Under the pieces are notes generated by a model. It made no database searches and was not told the origin of the DNA. It was given only the letters and a program-made list of their open reading frames with translations. The translations under genes and the position numbers were made by a program. Shown piece by piece: positions 1-11,355 of a stretch of 64,000 nt of DNA. The stretch comes from Mobula hypostoma (Eukaryota): positions 103,418,001 through 103,482,000 of the forward strand of contig NC_086108.1 in NCBI RefSeq assembly GCF_963921235.1, written 5' to 3'. Numbering within the stretch: position 1 is the first letter of the stretch; every line of letters starts with the position of its first letter.

Positions 1-1089
1 TTTAGAAGCCGGAGTAATGTTGGCTCTGCCAAACAGAAGCTGGATGAAATGAATCTAAGATTGAGGTGAAAATTGCATAAGGCTTTACAATTTTCTCCAG
101 CTACAGGAATGGTGCCAGAGGACTGAAAAATGGCAAATATGGCACGCTTCGAAATAAAAGGGTTGTAAGGACAATCTCATCAACTACAGGGCAATCTGTT
201 TAACCTCAGTGACAAGAAAGTTTCAGAAATGAAAATCATGGGGAAAATTGTTATTTGGTACATATACAATCTGTGCACAGAGGACCTGCTGCATTTAGCG
301 ACAAGGGTTCAGATCGAATTCCACAGGCCATATAACTAATCTTGTAAATAACTCAATTTACTGTGAAGTGCACTCCACCTCTGGGTTCAAGTCTAGGCCA
401 TGTGTGACTAAGTGAATAACATTCGCAAGTCTGAGTTACAACATTCAACATTCATTGCATGTGCCTGAACACTGCTCAGGAATTTATACCAAGACAGAGA
501 AGCAATATTAGAAGTGATATCCTCTTCATACGGTGTTGATCAGAGGATCCAGACATCCTCTCCACTTTAAGCAGCATGGGAGCTCTCACCTACCAATATT
601 TATTATTACAATGTCACAAAATTAAATGATCACTTAATCATAACATTGTACAGCACAGAAACGGGCCTCACAGCCTACTACACCCATGCCAATCATTTTG
701 TCTACCTACACTAATCCATTTGGAAGTGTATTCTTCTAAAACCTTGCCTGTATAAATATTCTATCTCCTAAATGTGGTAATCATTTCTGATTTCACCATC
801 TTCTCTAGCAGCAAAATCCAGATATTAATCACTCATTGTCTCAGATGACAATGAGGAGGCGTACATAATTGAAAGAAATCAATTGGTTCAATGGTATCAG
901 AACAATAAAATTACACACAGCATCAGCAAAACAAAGAAATTGACTGGCCTTTGGGCTTCAAGAAGGGGAAGTCGGAGGGGACAGCAGTGGAAAGGGTCAT
1001 CTCAAAGAATCTGTCCTGGGCACAACACATTGATGCTGTCATGAATAAGGCTCTACTGTTAAGAGCTTGAGGAAATTTGGAAATTCCTG

Positions 1090-1460
1090 CACTTGTATTG
1101 TGGAAATCGAGTGACAGGATGGAGATATGCCTCTACACTAAGAAGGTGTAAGGTGCACCTTCTCTTCATTAGCCTGCAGGTCACCCTTGGGCAAGATGTA
1201 GCACCTGCTTAGGCCTCCAACCAGGGTGATATGAAGCCATGGGAGTGGATGATGGATTGGCGTATGAGCAGCTGGCACATATCACAAATCCTGGTTATGT
1301 GACCAGGCAGACAATTTCTTAAGAATATTGATAATGGCTGGAATCACCTGTCTTGTAATGACACTGCCCAGAAGAAGGCAAAGGCAAGCCACTTCTGTAG
1401 AAAAATGTGCCAAGAACAATTATGATCATGGATAGACCACGAGTGGCCACATCGTAAGAT
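1090..1460 (+). mobile_element. Probable RTE-derived non-autonomous element
   Basis: GAAGAAGGCAAAGGCAAGCCACTTCTGTAGAAAAATGTGCCAAGAAC resembles the RTE/BovB-derived segment of Bov-A and Sauria-type SINEs. It interrupts a Rex1 fragment. Confidence 0.5.
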
Positions 1461-1544
1461 AACGACGGTGCTGATTGTGGGCACTCTAACTGGTTGAATC
1501 ACAGCCTGGTATGGAGGCTCCAATGCACAAGCTACAGGGGGTTG

Positions 1545-2400
1545 AAAGTTCAAAGTCCATTTATTGTCAAAGTATGTATAAATTATACAACCTTGTGATT
1601 CATCTGCTTAGGGCAACCACGAAACAAGAAACCTGAAAGAACCCATTAAAAAAAAGACCAACAAATATTCAACGTGCAGGGGGGAGACCCACAAGTCTTG
1701 CAAACAATAAAAGTAAGAAACTGCATTCAGAATGAAAGTAAGTCCATAGACATGAAACCCGGAGCAGCCACAGCCTCAACCTCAGTTCACACAGCTGACA
1801 AATCGTTGCGAAGCTCACAGACAGAAAGCCTGGAGCAGGATACTGCCTGAGCGACACAGAGAGTGGAGTAAACATCACGGAGCTGCAAGCAGGACTGTAA
1901 TGACCCTTGACTCCAGCCCCAACACCCTGCCTTTTCAGTCCATCTACCAAGACACCAGGTCATCCCTCGTACTCTGACCCAGGCTCCATCACAGCGATAC
2001 ATTCTGGGCCTGGACCCCACCACCACATTCTGGCCCATGCCTGACCTTTCCAAATTGGTCCGGTGCTTAGATCGAGCCAATTTTGCACTCAGTTTAGGTG
2101 GATGGGCTCCAGAACTTCTCTGCTCCCGCCTTTCTCCACTCCTCTGGTCTGCCTCTGCCTCTGATTCAAACACGCTTCGACATTGCACTGACCACTTCTC
2201 CTCGAACACACCTTGAGCTCGCTCCAACTTTGCCTCGCACCTGGACGCATCAACCCTTGAATCAGCCTCACCTCTACTCATCCCTTCATTGTTTACAATG
2301 ATAGTTTACCACAATTCACCACAGAAGTAGAAGAAAAAAGTGCTATTAAGTATTTCTTTTTAATTAAGTGCAATCGTGAACAATAGCCAGATCAGAAATG
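1545..2400 (-). mobile_element. Probable non-autonomous element with Rex1-type 3' tail
   Basis: Minus-strand 3' end TTTGACAATAAATGGACTTTGAACTTT resembles the AATAAATTTACTTTGAACTTTG tails at 4550, 38610 and 55320. It interrupts a Rex1 fragment. The 5' boundary is uncertain. Confidence 0.5.
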
Positions 2401-2819
2401 CTGATCAAGTCAACTAGTTCTCAAAGAGAACTCTGATAGGCGAATCAGATGGTTCACTGCTGCTCAGCGATAGAACACAAAAAGTCACGTGGACAATTAA
2501 AAAATATTTAAGAATAGTAGAAATACTGGAGTCATGATGATCATAATGAAGTCTACTGGAGAGAGACATTTATACACATGCTGTCCTCCATAATTCAAAG
2601 AAATTGACGTATAAGGTTGCTGGGTGACAAAACGTGGCAGGAGCACTTGGAACTAAAAACTAATCCCTACCGGGAGAAAACAGCGCCTGTTCTTTCCGCA
2701 CTGTTCTCCAGCAGTTTAAGGACTAAGTCCTCTCAGAATATAACTCACAAGTACTCTTGAAAGTCAGGTATTAACCCGACCTAACCAACAACCAAGTATT
2801 GCCATCCTGGTCCCTTTCA

Positions 2820-3370
2820 TGATAGCTTTAAGAAGAAGCATGTGACTTTCCTCCCAGAGATGATAGATGCTTGTGTACTCGACTCTTGAAGGCTTGGACC
2901 CCATCGTCGCAGATGTTTCCAACCACAGCATCTAGAAGGCTGTTTCAAATTCTGATAGCACAGTGAAGGAAGGTTCTATCCAGTGTGTAGGTTCTCGCAT
3001 CAGGCATAGAAACAGCATGAGCAGGCACAGATAAACTTGATCGTGTAGTGCGCCGTCTCTCAGAGGATGGTGCGAAGGTCTGCAGGGCTACGGCTGGTGT
3101 GTATTTTGTATAGCACAGTAGCTGCAGCAACCTGTCATCTGTGGTGTAAGCTACTTATGGCTAGCTTCTCACGAGCTGTGGCTTCACCTACACCTATAAT
3201 CCTGAGAGCCTTTCTTTGAATGGAATCAAGCTGGCTGAGGACACTCTGTGAGACATTCATCCACGATAAGCAGGCATACTCCTTGATACTCTGTACCTGG
3301 GCTTTGTAAACCATGGCTCTGCTTTGTAAACCGTGGTTGTACTTCTTGCTTTATGAACCACCAGTAAGCT
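2820..3370 (-). mobile_element. Fragment of a second, divergent 'YKAQ'-type LINE
   Basis: Manual minus-strand translation VYKAQVQSIKEYACLSWMNVSQSVLSQLDSIQRKALRIIG...SLHHR*QVAAATVLYKIHT. Confidence 0.75.
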
Positions 3371-3999
3371 GTCCCTCATCTTCAGTAGTGCCATCTTAAA
3401 CCAGACTCAGCCAGTTCCACCATTAACACAACCCTCCCCTCCTTTGAGAATATCTTCAGGAGGTGATGACTCAAGAAGACAGCATCCATCATTAAGGATC
3501 CTTACCACCCGAGACATTCCCTTACCATCCATGAAGTATCTTGGGATATTTTGAACGTTAAAGTTTCAGCTGAAGTTGTGTTAAGTCAACAATCAATTAC
3601 AGCCATCTATAGGTTAAACAGAGAATCCCGTCCGCCGGCGGGAGACTCCGTCAATCGATCGTGGTGCAAACGTGCGAATGCCCAACCGTCAATTGTCGCC
3701 AGCTGACACTAGGAGATCACTCGGTCAAGAGAAAGGGTGGAGAGGCAGCTGACACCAGTCCTGACAATGATAGCTGCAGAGACAGATTAGAGAAAGAAAT
3801 CGCAGGAGCACTCTCTATTAAAAAGCATTCAAAACAGAACTGCATAATTGAACTTTTAAGCATTTGTTACAACATATTCATTAAGCAAGTTCCTTTTACA
3901 TGGCAAGACATCCCATTGGGCTGCACAACAGGCTAATTTGATAAAATATTGGGGACCTGTACTGATACTATTATACAGATAGAATGCAAAATGTAGTTT

Positions 4000-4018
4000 T
4001 GCTGCCGCCTAGTGGCAA
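4000..4018 (-). promoter_or_regulatory. Candidate CTCF binding site
   Basis: Minus strand TTGCCACTAGGCGGCAGCA is close to the CTCF core consensus and lies in AT-rich, non-repeat sequence. Confidence 0.45.
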
Positions 4019-4639
4019 AGTAGAACAACTTTAAGCCAGAAAGGATAGGGTTGGAAAGTTATTAGACATATACTTTTAAAACTGCATGTACCATCATGTT
4101 ATGAATTTTTTTTCTTTCTAAGCAGTTCTCTCCCTTCCTTTCATAGAGCTACTTGCTTGCAGATCATCATTATTTGTACATAGTCTTGATATAAAGGTAG
4201 CAGCTTATTATGAAGCTCATCACAGCCAAACCCAATATGACATTTTTCTGGGATTCACTATTTCATTTTTTCAACAATGGGATTTGAGGGGGTGGAAGGA
4301 AATCAGGTGGACAGGCCTAAGTGCCTAAAATAAAATCAAGTGATTCCACAACTAGAGACTAACTTTCAAGGACTCTACAGCACAGTATTATTTTTTTTTA
4401 TTATTGTTTGCATGACTTATCTCCTTTTGCACACTGATTGTTTGTTGCCTTTGCTATTTACAGTTTTCAAAAATTCTACCATATTTCTTTATTTTCTCAT
4501 AAACGCCTGCAAGAAAACAAATCTCAAGCTAGTAAATGGTGACAAATTTGATAATAAATTTACTTTGATCTTTGATACAATGAAAAGACAATGCAAATAA
4601 CTTCCCAGAAACATTAGGGAACCTAGCGTCAAGAGAGGA

Positions 4640-5650
4640 GAAAATGCTTTAGTACAGCAATAGTGTTGAGGAAATTGAAAGAATTGAACGCAGATAAAAC
4701 CACAGTGCCCCAGTAGTTTAAAAAAAAAGAGGCTCAAAAAGTAATGGATGCATTGGAAGTTGTTTTCCAACATTCTTTAGACACTGGATCAACTCCAGCA
4801 GATGAAAGGGCAGGTGATATAATCTTACAGCTTAAAGAAAAGAGCTAAATAAAAACAGAATTATAAATCTGTTAGTTTGACTTCCAGACAGTGGAACATG
4901 CAGGAGTCCATTATTAAAGATTCAGTAGGAGAACATCTGGAAAAAAGTGACAGAATCAGAGAAAAATCACAGCATGGATTTAGGAAAGGATTTATCAAAC
5001 TTACTGGAACATTTTGAGAATGTAGCCCATAAGGTGGGTGCAGTGAGAATAGTAGATTCTCATTTGGATTTACAAAAGGCCTTCAATAATTGCAACATCA
5101 AATATTAGAATACGAATTTAAAACAGATGGAGTTGGGAGAGATGTATACTCTTAGCTGGTGGGGGACAGGAAACAAAAATCAGAAAAATTCCCAAGTGCA
5201 GGCATGTATTGTGGAGTAGAGCAGCGTTCACTGCTTGGACTCTAGTTATCCAAAATATATACATATAAATAAAATATTTAGATGGGAGAATTAAATGCAA
5301 TATCTCCAGGTTGTAGATGACAGAAAGCCTGGTAGGAGCATGTGGCCGAGGAGGATGCAGAAAGGCCCCAGAATGATACAAAGAGGTTGACTGAATAGGC
5401 AAATGCAAATTAGATACAGTGCAATGTGAACAAATGTGAAGTTATTCACTTTGGTCTAAAAAAGAAGCAGAGTATTATCTGAAAGGCAAAAAATTAAGAA
5501 ACATGGAAATGCAGCAACAGTTAACTGTCTTTGTGTACAAATTGTTGAAAGCATACAGGTGGTTAATATGACAACTGGGTATGCTGACCTTCATAGGCAG
5601 AAAAGTTGTGTATGAGGTTAGGGGTACATTACTGCCACTATCCAGAACAT
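4640..5650 (+). mobile_element. Old, highly decayed CR1 ORF2 fragment
   Basis: Nucleotide similarity to the RT region of 35800-36850 (CAGCATGGATTTAGGAAAGG, TTGGATTTACAAAAGGCCTT, AAATGTGAAGTTATTCACTTTGG). Confidence 0.7.
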
Positions 5651-5783
5651 AAACCAATATTTACTGAGGAGCCAGTGATGGACAGGATAAACACAAAATA
5701 ATCTGCAGATGCTGGGGTCAAAGTAACACTCAGAACACGCTGGAGGAACTCAGCAGGTTGGGCAGCATCCGTGGAAAAGATCG

Positions 5784-5817
5784 GTCGACGTTTCGGGCCA
5801 GAGCCCTTCATCAGGAC
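5784..5817 (-). ncRNA. Minimal type I hammerhead ribozyme motif (Penelope-type), intact core
   Basis: Minus strand reads GTC-CTGATGA-A-GGGC-TCTG-GCCC-GAAAC-GTC-GAC: complete core, 4-bp helix II, palindromic ACGT in place of helix III, GUC cleavage triplet. Confidence 0.82.
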
Positions 5818-7855
5818 TGTAGGGGGAAGGGGCAGAGGCCCTATAAAGAAGGTGGGGGGAGGGTGGGAAGGAGAAGGCTGGGAGGTTCCAGGTGAAAAAC
5901 CAGTAAGGGGAGAGATAAAGGGGTGGGGGAAGGGAGGCAGGGAGGTGATAGGCAGGAAAGGTGAAGAAAGAATAGGGGAAAACACAATGGGTAGTAGAAG
6001 GAGGTGGAACCAAGAAGAAGGAGGTAGGCAGCTGGGGGAGGGGGCAGAGAGACATAGGGATAGGGGACACTTGCGCTTACAGGGATAAATGCCAGGTGGG
6101 AGATCCGTGGGGATGGACATGTGGACCAGGGAGTCGCAGAGGGACCGATTCCTGCGGAAGGCAGAGAGGGGTGGAGAGGGAAAGATGTGCTTAGTGGTGG
6201 GGTCCTGTTGAAGGTGGCAGAAGTTACGGAGGATAATGTGTTGGATCCGGAGGCTAGTGGGGTGGTAGGTGAGGACAAGGGGAACTCTGTCCCTGTTGTG
6301 GTGGCGGGAGGATGGGGTGAGAGCCGAAGTGCGGGAAATGGAGGCGATGTGGGTGAGGGCATCATTGATGACAGCAGAAGGGAAACCACGATCCTTAAAG
6401 AAAGAGGACATTTGAGATGTCCTGGAACGGAAAACCTTATCCTCAGAGCAGATGCGGCGGAGACGGAGGAACGGGGAATAGGGAATGGGATTTTTGCATG
6501 TGGCGGGGTGGGAAGAGGTATAGTTGAGGTAATTATGAGAGTCAGTGGCTTGTAGAAGATGTCAGTGGACAGTCTGTCTCCAGAGATGGAGACCGAGAGA
6601 TCGAGAAAGGGGAGAGAAGTGTCCGAGATAGACCAAGTGAATTTGAGGGCTGGGTGGAAGTTAGAAGTAAAGTCGATGAAATTGACGAGCTCAGCGTGGG
6701 TGCAGGAAGCAGCACCAATGTAGTCATCAATGTACCAAAGGAAAAGTTGGGAGCAGTACCAGAATAGCTTTGGAGCACAGACTGTTCCACATAACCAACG
6801 AAGAGGCAGGCATAGCTAGGGCCCATGCGAGTTCCCATAGCTACACCCTTGGTCTGAAGAAAGTGGGAAGAGCCAAAAGAGAAGTTATTGAGTGTGAGAA
6901 CCAGTTCCGCCAACTGGAGGAGGGTAGTGGTGGTGGGGAACTGGTGAGGTCTATTATCCAGAAAGTAGCAGAGGGCTTTGAGGCCTTCTTCATGGGGAAT
7001 GGAGGTGTATAGGGATTGGAGTATAGAGGCGGAGATTACAGAGGGGGAGCAGTGAGAGAGGGTCTCACTGAACTCCCGTCGAAGAGAGGATTTAAACTTC
7101 TTCAGGGTAGGCATACCTCAAAGAGACTTCGCAGTGGAGTAGCGAATCGTAACCACAAAATAATCTGCAGATGTTGGGGTCAAAGCAACACTCACAACAC
7201 GCTGGAGGAACTCAGCAGGTCGGGCAGCATCCGTGGAAAAGATCAGTCGACGTTTCGGGCCTCCTCTACATCGGTTATTGCATCCAGTGCTCCCGGTGCG
7301 GCCTCCTCTACATCGATATTGCATCCGGTGCTCCCGGTGCGGCCTCCTCTACATCGGTGAAACCCGACGCAGACTGGGGGACCGCTTCGTCGATCACCTC
7401 CGCTCTGTCCGCCAAAACAGACCAGGATCTCCCAGTAGCCACCCACTTCAACTCTGCTTCCCATTCCCATTCAGATATGTCCATACATGGCCTCCTCTAC
7501 TGCCATGATGAGGCTAAACTCAAGTTGGAGGAGCAACACCTCATATACCGTCTAGGTAGTCTCCAGCCCCTTGGTATGAACATAGAATTCTCCAACTTCC
7601 GGTAATTCCCTCCCCCTCCCTTCCCCTATCCCTATGTCTCTCTGCCCCCTCCCCCAGCTGCCTACCTCCTCCTTCTTGGTTCCGCCTCCTTCTACTACCC
7701 ATTGTGTTTCCCCCTATTCTTTCTTCACCTCCCTGCCTTCCATCCCCCACCCCTTTATCTTTCCCCTTACTGGTTCTTCACCTGGAACCTACTGGCCTTC
7801 TCACTCCCACCCTCCCCCCACCTTCTTTATAGGGCCTCTGCCCCTCCCCCCTACA

Positions 7856-7889
7856 GTCCTGACGAAGGGTTCCGGCCCGAAACGTCGAC
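7856..7889 (+). ncRNA. Minimal type I hammerhead ribozyme motif, intact core
   Basis: GTC-CTGACGA-A-GGGT-TCCG-GCCC-GAAAC-GTC-GAC. Confidence 0.82.
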
Positions 7890-7962
7890 CAATCTTTTCC
7901 ACGGATGCTGCCCGACCTGCTGAGTTCCTCCAGCGTGTTCTGAGTGTTGATGGACAGGATAA

Positions 7963-9005
7963 GTAGCTTTAAGATCCTAGGTGCCAACATCCAAAAGGAT
8001 CTGTCCCTGGGCCCAACACAATGATGCAATCATGAAGAAGGCACGCCAGCAGTTCTACTTCATTAGGCAACTGAGGTGATTTGGTATGTCAGCAAAGAGT
8101 CTTGCAGATTTCTATAGATGTATAGTCATAGTCATACTTTATTGATCCCGGGGGAAACTGGTTTTCGTTACAGTTGCACCATAAATAATAAATAGTAATA
8201 AAACCATAAATAGTTAAATAGTAATATGTAAATTATGCCAGGAAATAAGTCCAGGACCAGCCTATTGGCTCAGGGTATCTGACCCTCCAAGGGAGGAGTT
8301 GTAAAGTTTGATGGCCACAGGCAGGAATGACTTCCTATGACGCTCTGTGTTGCATCTCGGTGGAATGAGTCTCTGGCTGAATGTACTCCTGTGCCCAACC
8401 AGTACACTATGTAGTGGATGGGAGACATTGACCAAGATGGCATGCAACTTGGACAGCATCCTCTTTTCAGACACCACCATCAGAGAGTCCAGTTCCATCC
8501 CCACAACATCACTGGCCTTATGAATGAGTTTGCTGATTCTGTTGGTGTAGTGCAGAGCATTCCTACTGGTTGCATTACATCCTGGTATGGAAGCTGCAAT
8601 GCACTGGACCACAAGAGCCTGCAGAGGGTTATACTTGGCCAGCTTCAGCATGGGCACAACCCTCCCACTCATTAGGGACACCTTCAAGCGGCGGTTCTTC
8701 AATTCAAAGAGGCATTCACCATTAAGGACCTTCACAATCTGGTACTTGCCCTTTTCTCATTACCACCATAAGAGATACGGTACAGGAGCGTGAAGACTTG
8801 TACTTGACAATTCAGGAACACTTTACTCCTCTCAGTCATCAGATTTCTGAATGATCCACAAACCCTTGAATGCAACCTCATTATTCCTTTCTTATTTTGC
8901 ACAATGTTTTATTTTGTAATTTATAGCAGTTTTACATCTTTCTACTACACAGCTACTGCTGAACATTAAATTTTATGTCATGTAGAAGTGATAATAAACC
9001 TGATT
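7963..9005. mobile_element. Rex1/Babar-type LINE 3' part (+) interrupted by a different Rex1-type 3' fragment (-, about 8125-8545)
   Basis: Plus strand has decayed SFK-LG-NI-KDLS-W, KKARQQFYF and CITSWYGSC motifs. Minus strand has ISKLIHKASDVVG...HPLH...TERHRKSFLPVAIKLYN. Confidence 0.75.
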
Positions 9006-9225
9006 CTGGTTGATTCCTTGGTGAGACCACACCATTATAATTGTGTGCAGTTCTGATCACCTTACCCAAGAAAAAATGTTGTTCATATGGAAGGACTGCC
9101 TTAAAGGTTCACCAGAATGATTGCTGGGATGGCAGGACCGATGTATGAAGAGTGATAGGGACTATATGTGCTAGTTTGGAAGACTGAGAGGGAAACTCAC
9201 TGAAACCTATAAAATCCTGATGGAA

Positions 9226-9533
9226 AACCGTTTATGCCCCACCTCCCCCTCGTACCCCATCCGTTATTGCCCATCCTCTGGGCTCCCCCGCCCCCTTTCT
9301 TTCTCCCTAGGCCTCCCGTCCCATAATCAACTGTCCAGCTCTTGGCTCCATCCCTCCCCCTCCTGTCTTCTCCTATCACTTTGGATCTCCCCCTCCCCCT
9401 CCCAAATCTCTTACTAGCTCTTCTTTCAGTTAGTCCTGACGAAGAGTCTCGGCTCGAAACGTCGACTGTACCTCTCCCTTGAGATGCTGACTGGCCTGCT
9501 GCATTCACCAGCAACTCTTGTGTGTGTTGCTTG
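9226..9533 (+). mobile_element. Penelope-like pseudo-LTR fragment inserted in a CR1
   Basis: Pyrimidine-rich tract, hammerhead and GCTGA/GCTGCCTGGCCTGCTG...GTGTGTTGC tail, homologous to 16600-17042. 15-bp TSD AAAATCCTGATGGAA at 9211-9225 and 9534-9548. Confidence 0.88.
9432..9467 (+). ncRNA. Minimal type I hammerhead ribozyme motif, intact core
   Basis: AGTC-CTGACGA-A-GAGT-CTCG-GCTC-GAAAC-GTC-GACT. Confidence 0.82.
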
Positions 9534-10334
9534 AAAATCCTGATGGAACTGAGTAGTCCCAAATGTTCCCATTGATAGGGGGATTTCAAGACCAAAGGCA
9601 TTGTTCAGCCATTTGAGATTCAGTGATGAGCAATTTCTACATCAAAAGAGTGATGAACCCGTGGAATTCTGCACTACAGAAGTCAACTGAGGCCAAATCA
9701 TTAAACAATTTAAGAAGTTAAATATAGTACTAATGGCTAACAGAATATGAGGAGAAAGCAGACAAAGACACTGAATATGAATGATGAGAGATAATGACAT
9801 TGAGTAGGCTGGGGAGGGGAGAGAGGAGGAAGGCTCGATGTTTCTTTGAAGATAGTATGCGAATATCTGGGGCTTTGGAAAGCAATCAAAGATTGCTATA
9901 GATACTCACATCAAAGATGAAATAACAATAAATGGGTATTTATAATGTCTTCACTTCAATTTTGACGTGGCTCCTTTTAACACTAGAATTTATTATCCAA
10001 TTTCTAGTTGAGAAAATATTACCATTACAACTTTGCCAAGTCAAACATATGTTTGAAATATTAAACTCTAAAAATAACAAATAAATTCCAAGTTGGACAA
10101 TGTGCCCCAAAAACCTGGGCCCGAGACCTAAACAATTCAGAAATCTAGTATATTTTAGTGTTCCAAACAACATATAGCCTAATTCTGAATTGTATATAGC
10201 AGGAAAACCAGGCTGGTAAGTCTTGTGTCACCCACCTTGACATACAATCAAGGTGAGTGACAGAAGTTATGTGGAAGCCAAAGGTTTGCCCCACATGCAC
10301 ATACAAAGAAATGCATCGGCATATACATAGTGGT

Positions 10335-11355
10335 TTAGAAAAACAGAAAATCTACAGCACAATACAGGCCCTTTGGCCCACAATGCTGTGCTGAACATGT
10401 ACTTACTTTGGAAATTACCTAGGGTTACCTATAGTCCTCTATTTTTCTAGGCTCCATGTACCTATCCAAGAGTCTCTTAAAAGACCCTCCTGTCTCCGCC
10501 TCTATCACTGTCGCCGGCAGCCCATTCCACGCACTCACCACTCCCTGTGCGAAAAAACCTACCCCTGACATCTCCTTTGTACGTACTTCCAAGCACCTTA
10601 AAACTGTGCCCTCTTGTGTTAGCCATTTCAGCCCTGGGAAAAAGCCTTTGGCTATCCACACGATCAATGCCTCTCATCATCTTATACACCTCTATCAGGT
10701 CATCTCTCATCCTCCGTCACTCCAAGGAGAAAAGGCCATGTTCACTCAACCTATTCTCATAAGGCATGCTCCCCAATCCAGGCAACTTCCTTGTAGATCT
10801 CCTCTGCACCCTTTCTATAGTTTCCACACCCTACCTGTAGTGAGGTGAACAGAACTAAGCAAAGTACTCCAAGTGGACTCTGACCAGGGTCCTATATAGC
10901 TGTAGCATTACCTCTTACATGGTTGAATTCCATGGTCGATGAAGGCCAATACACCGCATGCCTTCTTAACCACAGAGTCAACCTGCGCAGCAGCTTTGAG
11001 TGTCCTATGGACTTGGAACCCAAGATCCCTCTGATCCTCCACTCTGCCAAGAATCTTATCATTAATACTATATTGTGCCATCATATTTGACCTACAAAAT
11101 GAACCACCTCACACTTATCTGGGTTGAACTCCATCTGTCACTTCTCAGCCCAGTTTTGTACCCTATCGATGCACCGCTGTAACCTCTGACAGCCCTCCAC
11201 ACTATCCACAACATTCCCAACCTTTGTGTCATCAGCAAATTTACTAACCCATCCCTCCACTTCCTCATTCAAGTCATTTATAAAAATCACGAAGAGAAGG
11301 GGCCCCAGAACAGATTCCTGAGGCACACCACTGGTCACTAACCTCCATGCAGAAA
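10335..11355 (-). mobile_element. CR1 LINE 3' fragment
   Basis: VTSGVPQESVLGPLLFVIFINDL...KFADDTK and DLIEVYKMMRGIDRVD. Confidence 0.9.

Larger units (their letters stand above)
5691..7947. mobile_element. Penelope-like element (probably Neptune-type), internally deleted, with inverted arms
   Basis: Minus strand: ORF start MPTLKKF fused to RT motifs QSLYTSIPH and QTKGVAMGTRMGPSYACLFVG, then RVPLVLTYHP. Plus strand: GIY-YIG segment CSRCGLLYIGETRRRLGDRF...HFNS...EQHLI. The pseudo-LTR arms are inverted. 15-bp TSD TGATGGACAGGATAA at 5676-5690 and 7948-7962. Confidence 0.92.

Noticed and set aside
7258..7356. Repeat-spacer-like pattern suggesting a CRISPR array
   Set aside because: The 'spacers' are near-identical, the unit is Penelope GIY-YIG coding sequence, the DNA is eukaryotic, and no cas genes are present.
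5750..7966. Many overlapping Pro/Gly/Arg-rich ORFs (for example SPDEGLWPETST)
   Set aside because: They are alternative-frame or antisense readings of the purine/pyrimidine-skewed Penelope pseudo-LTR.
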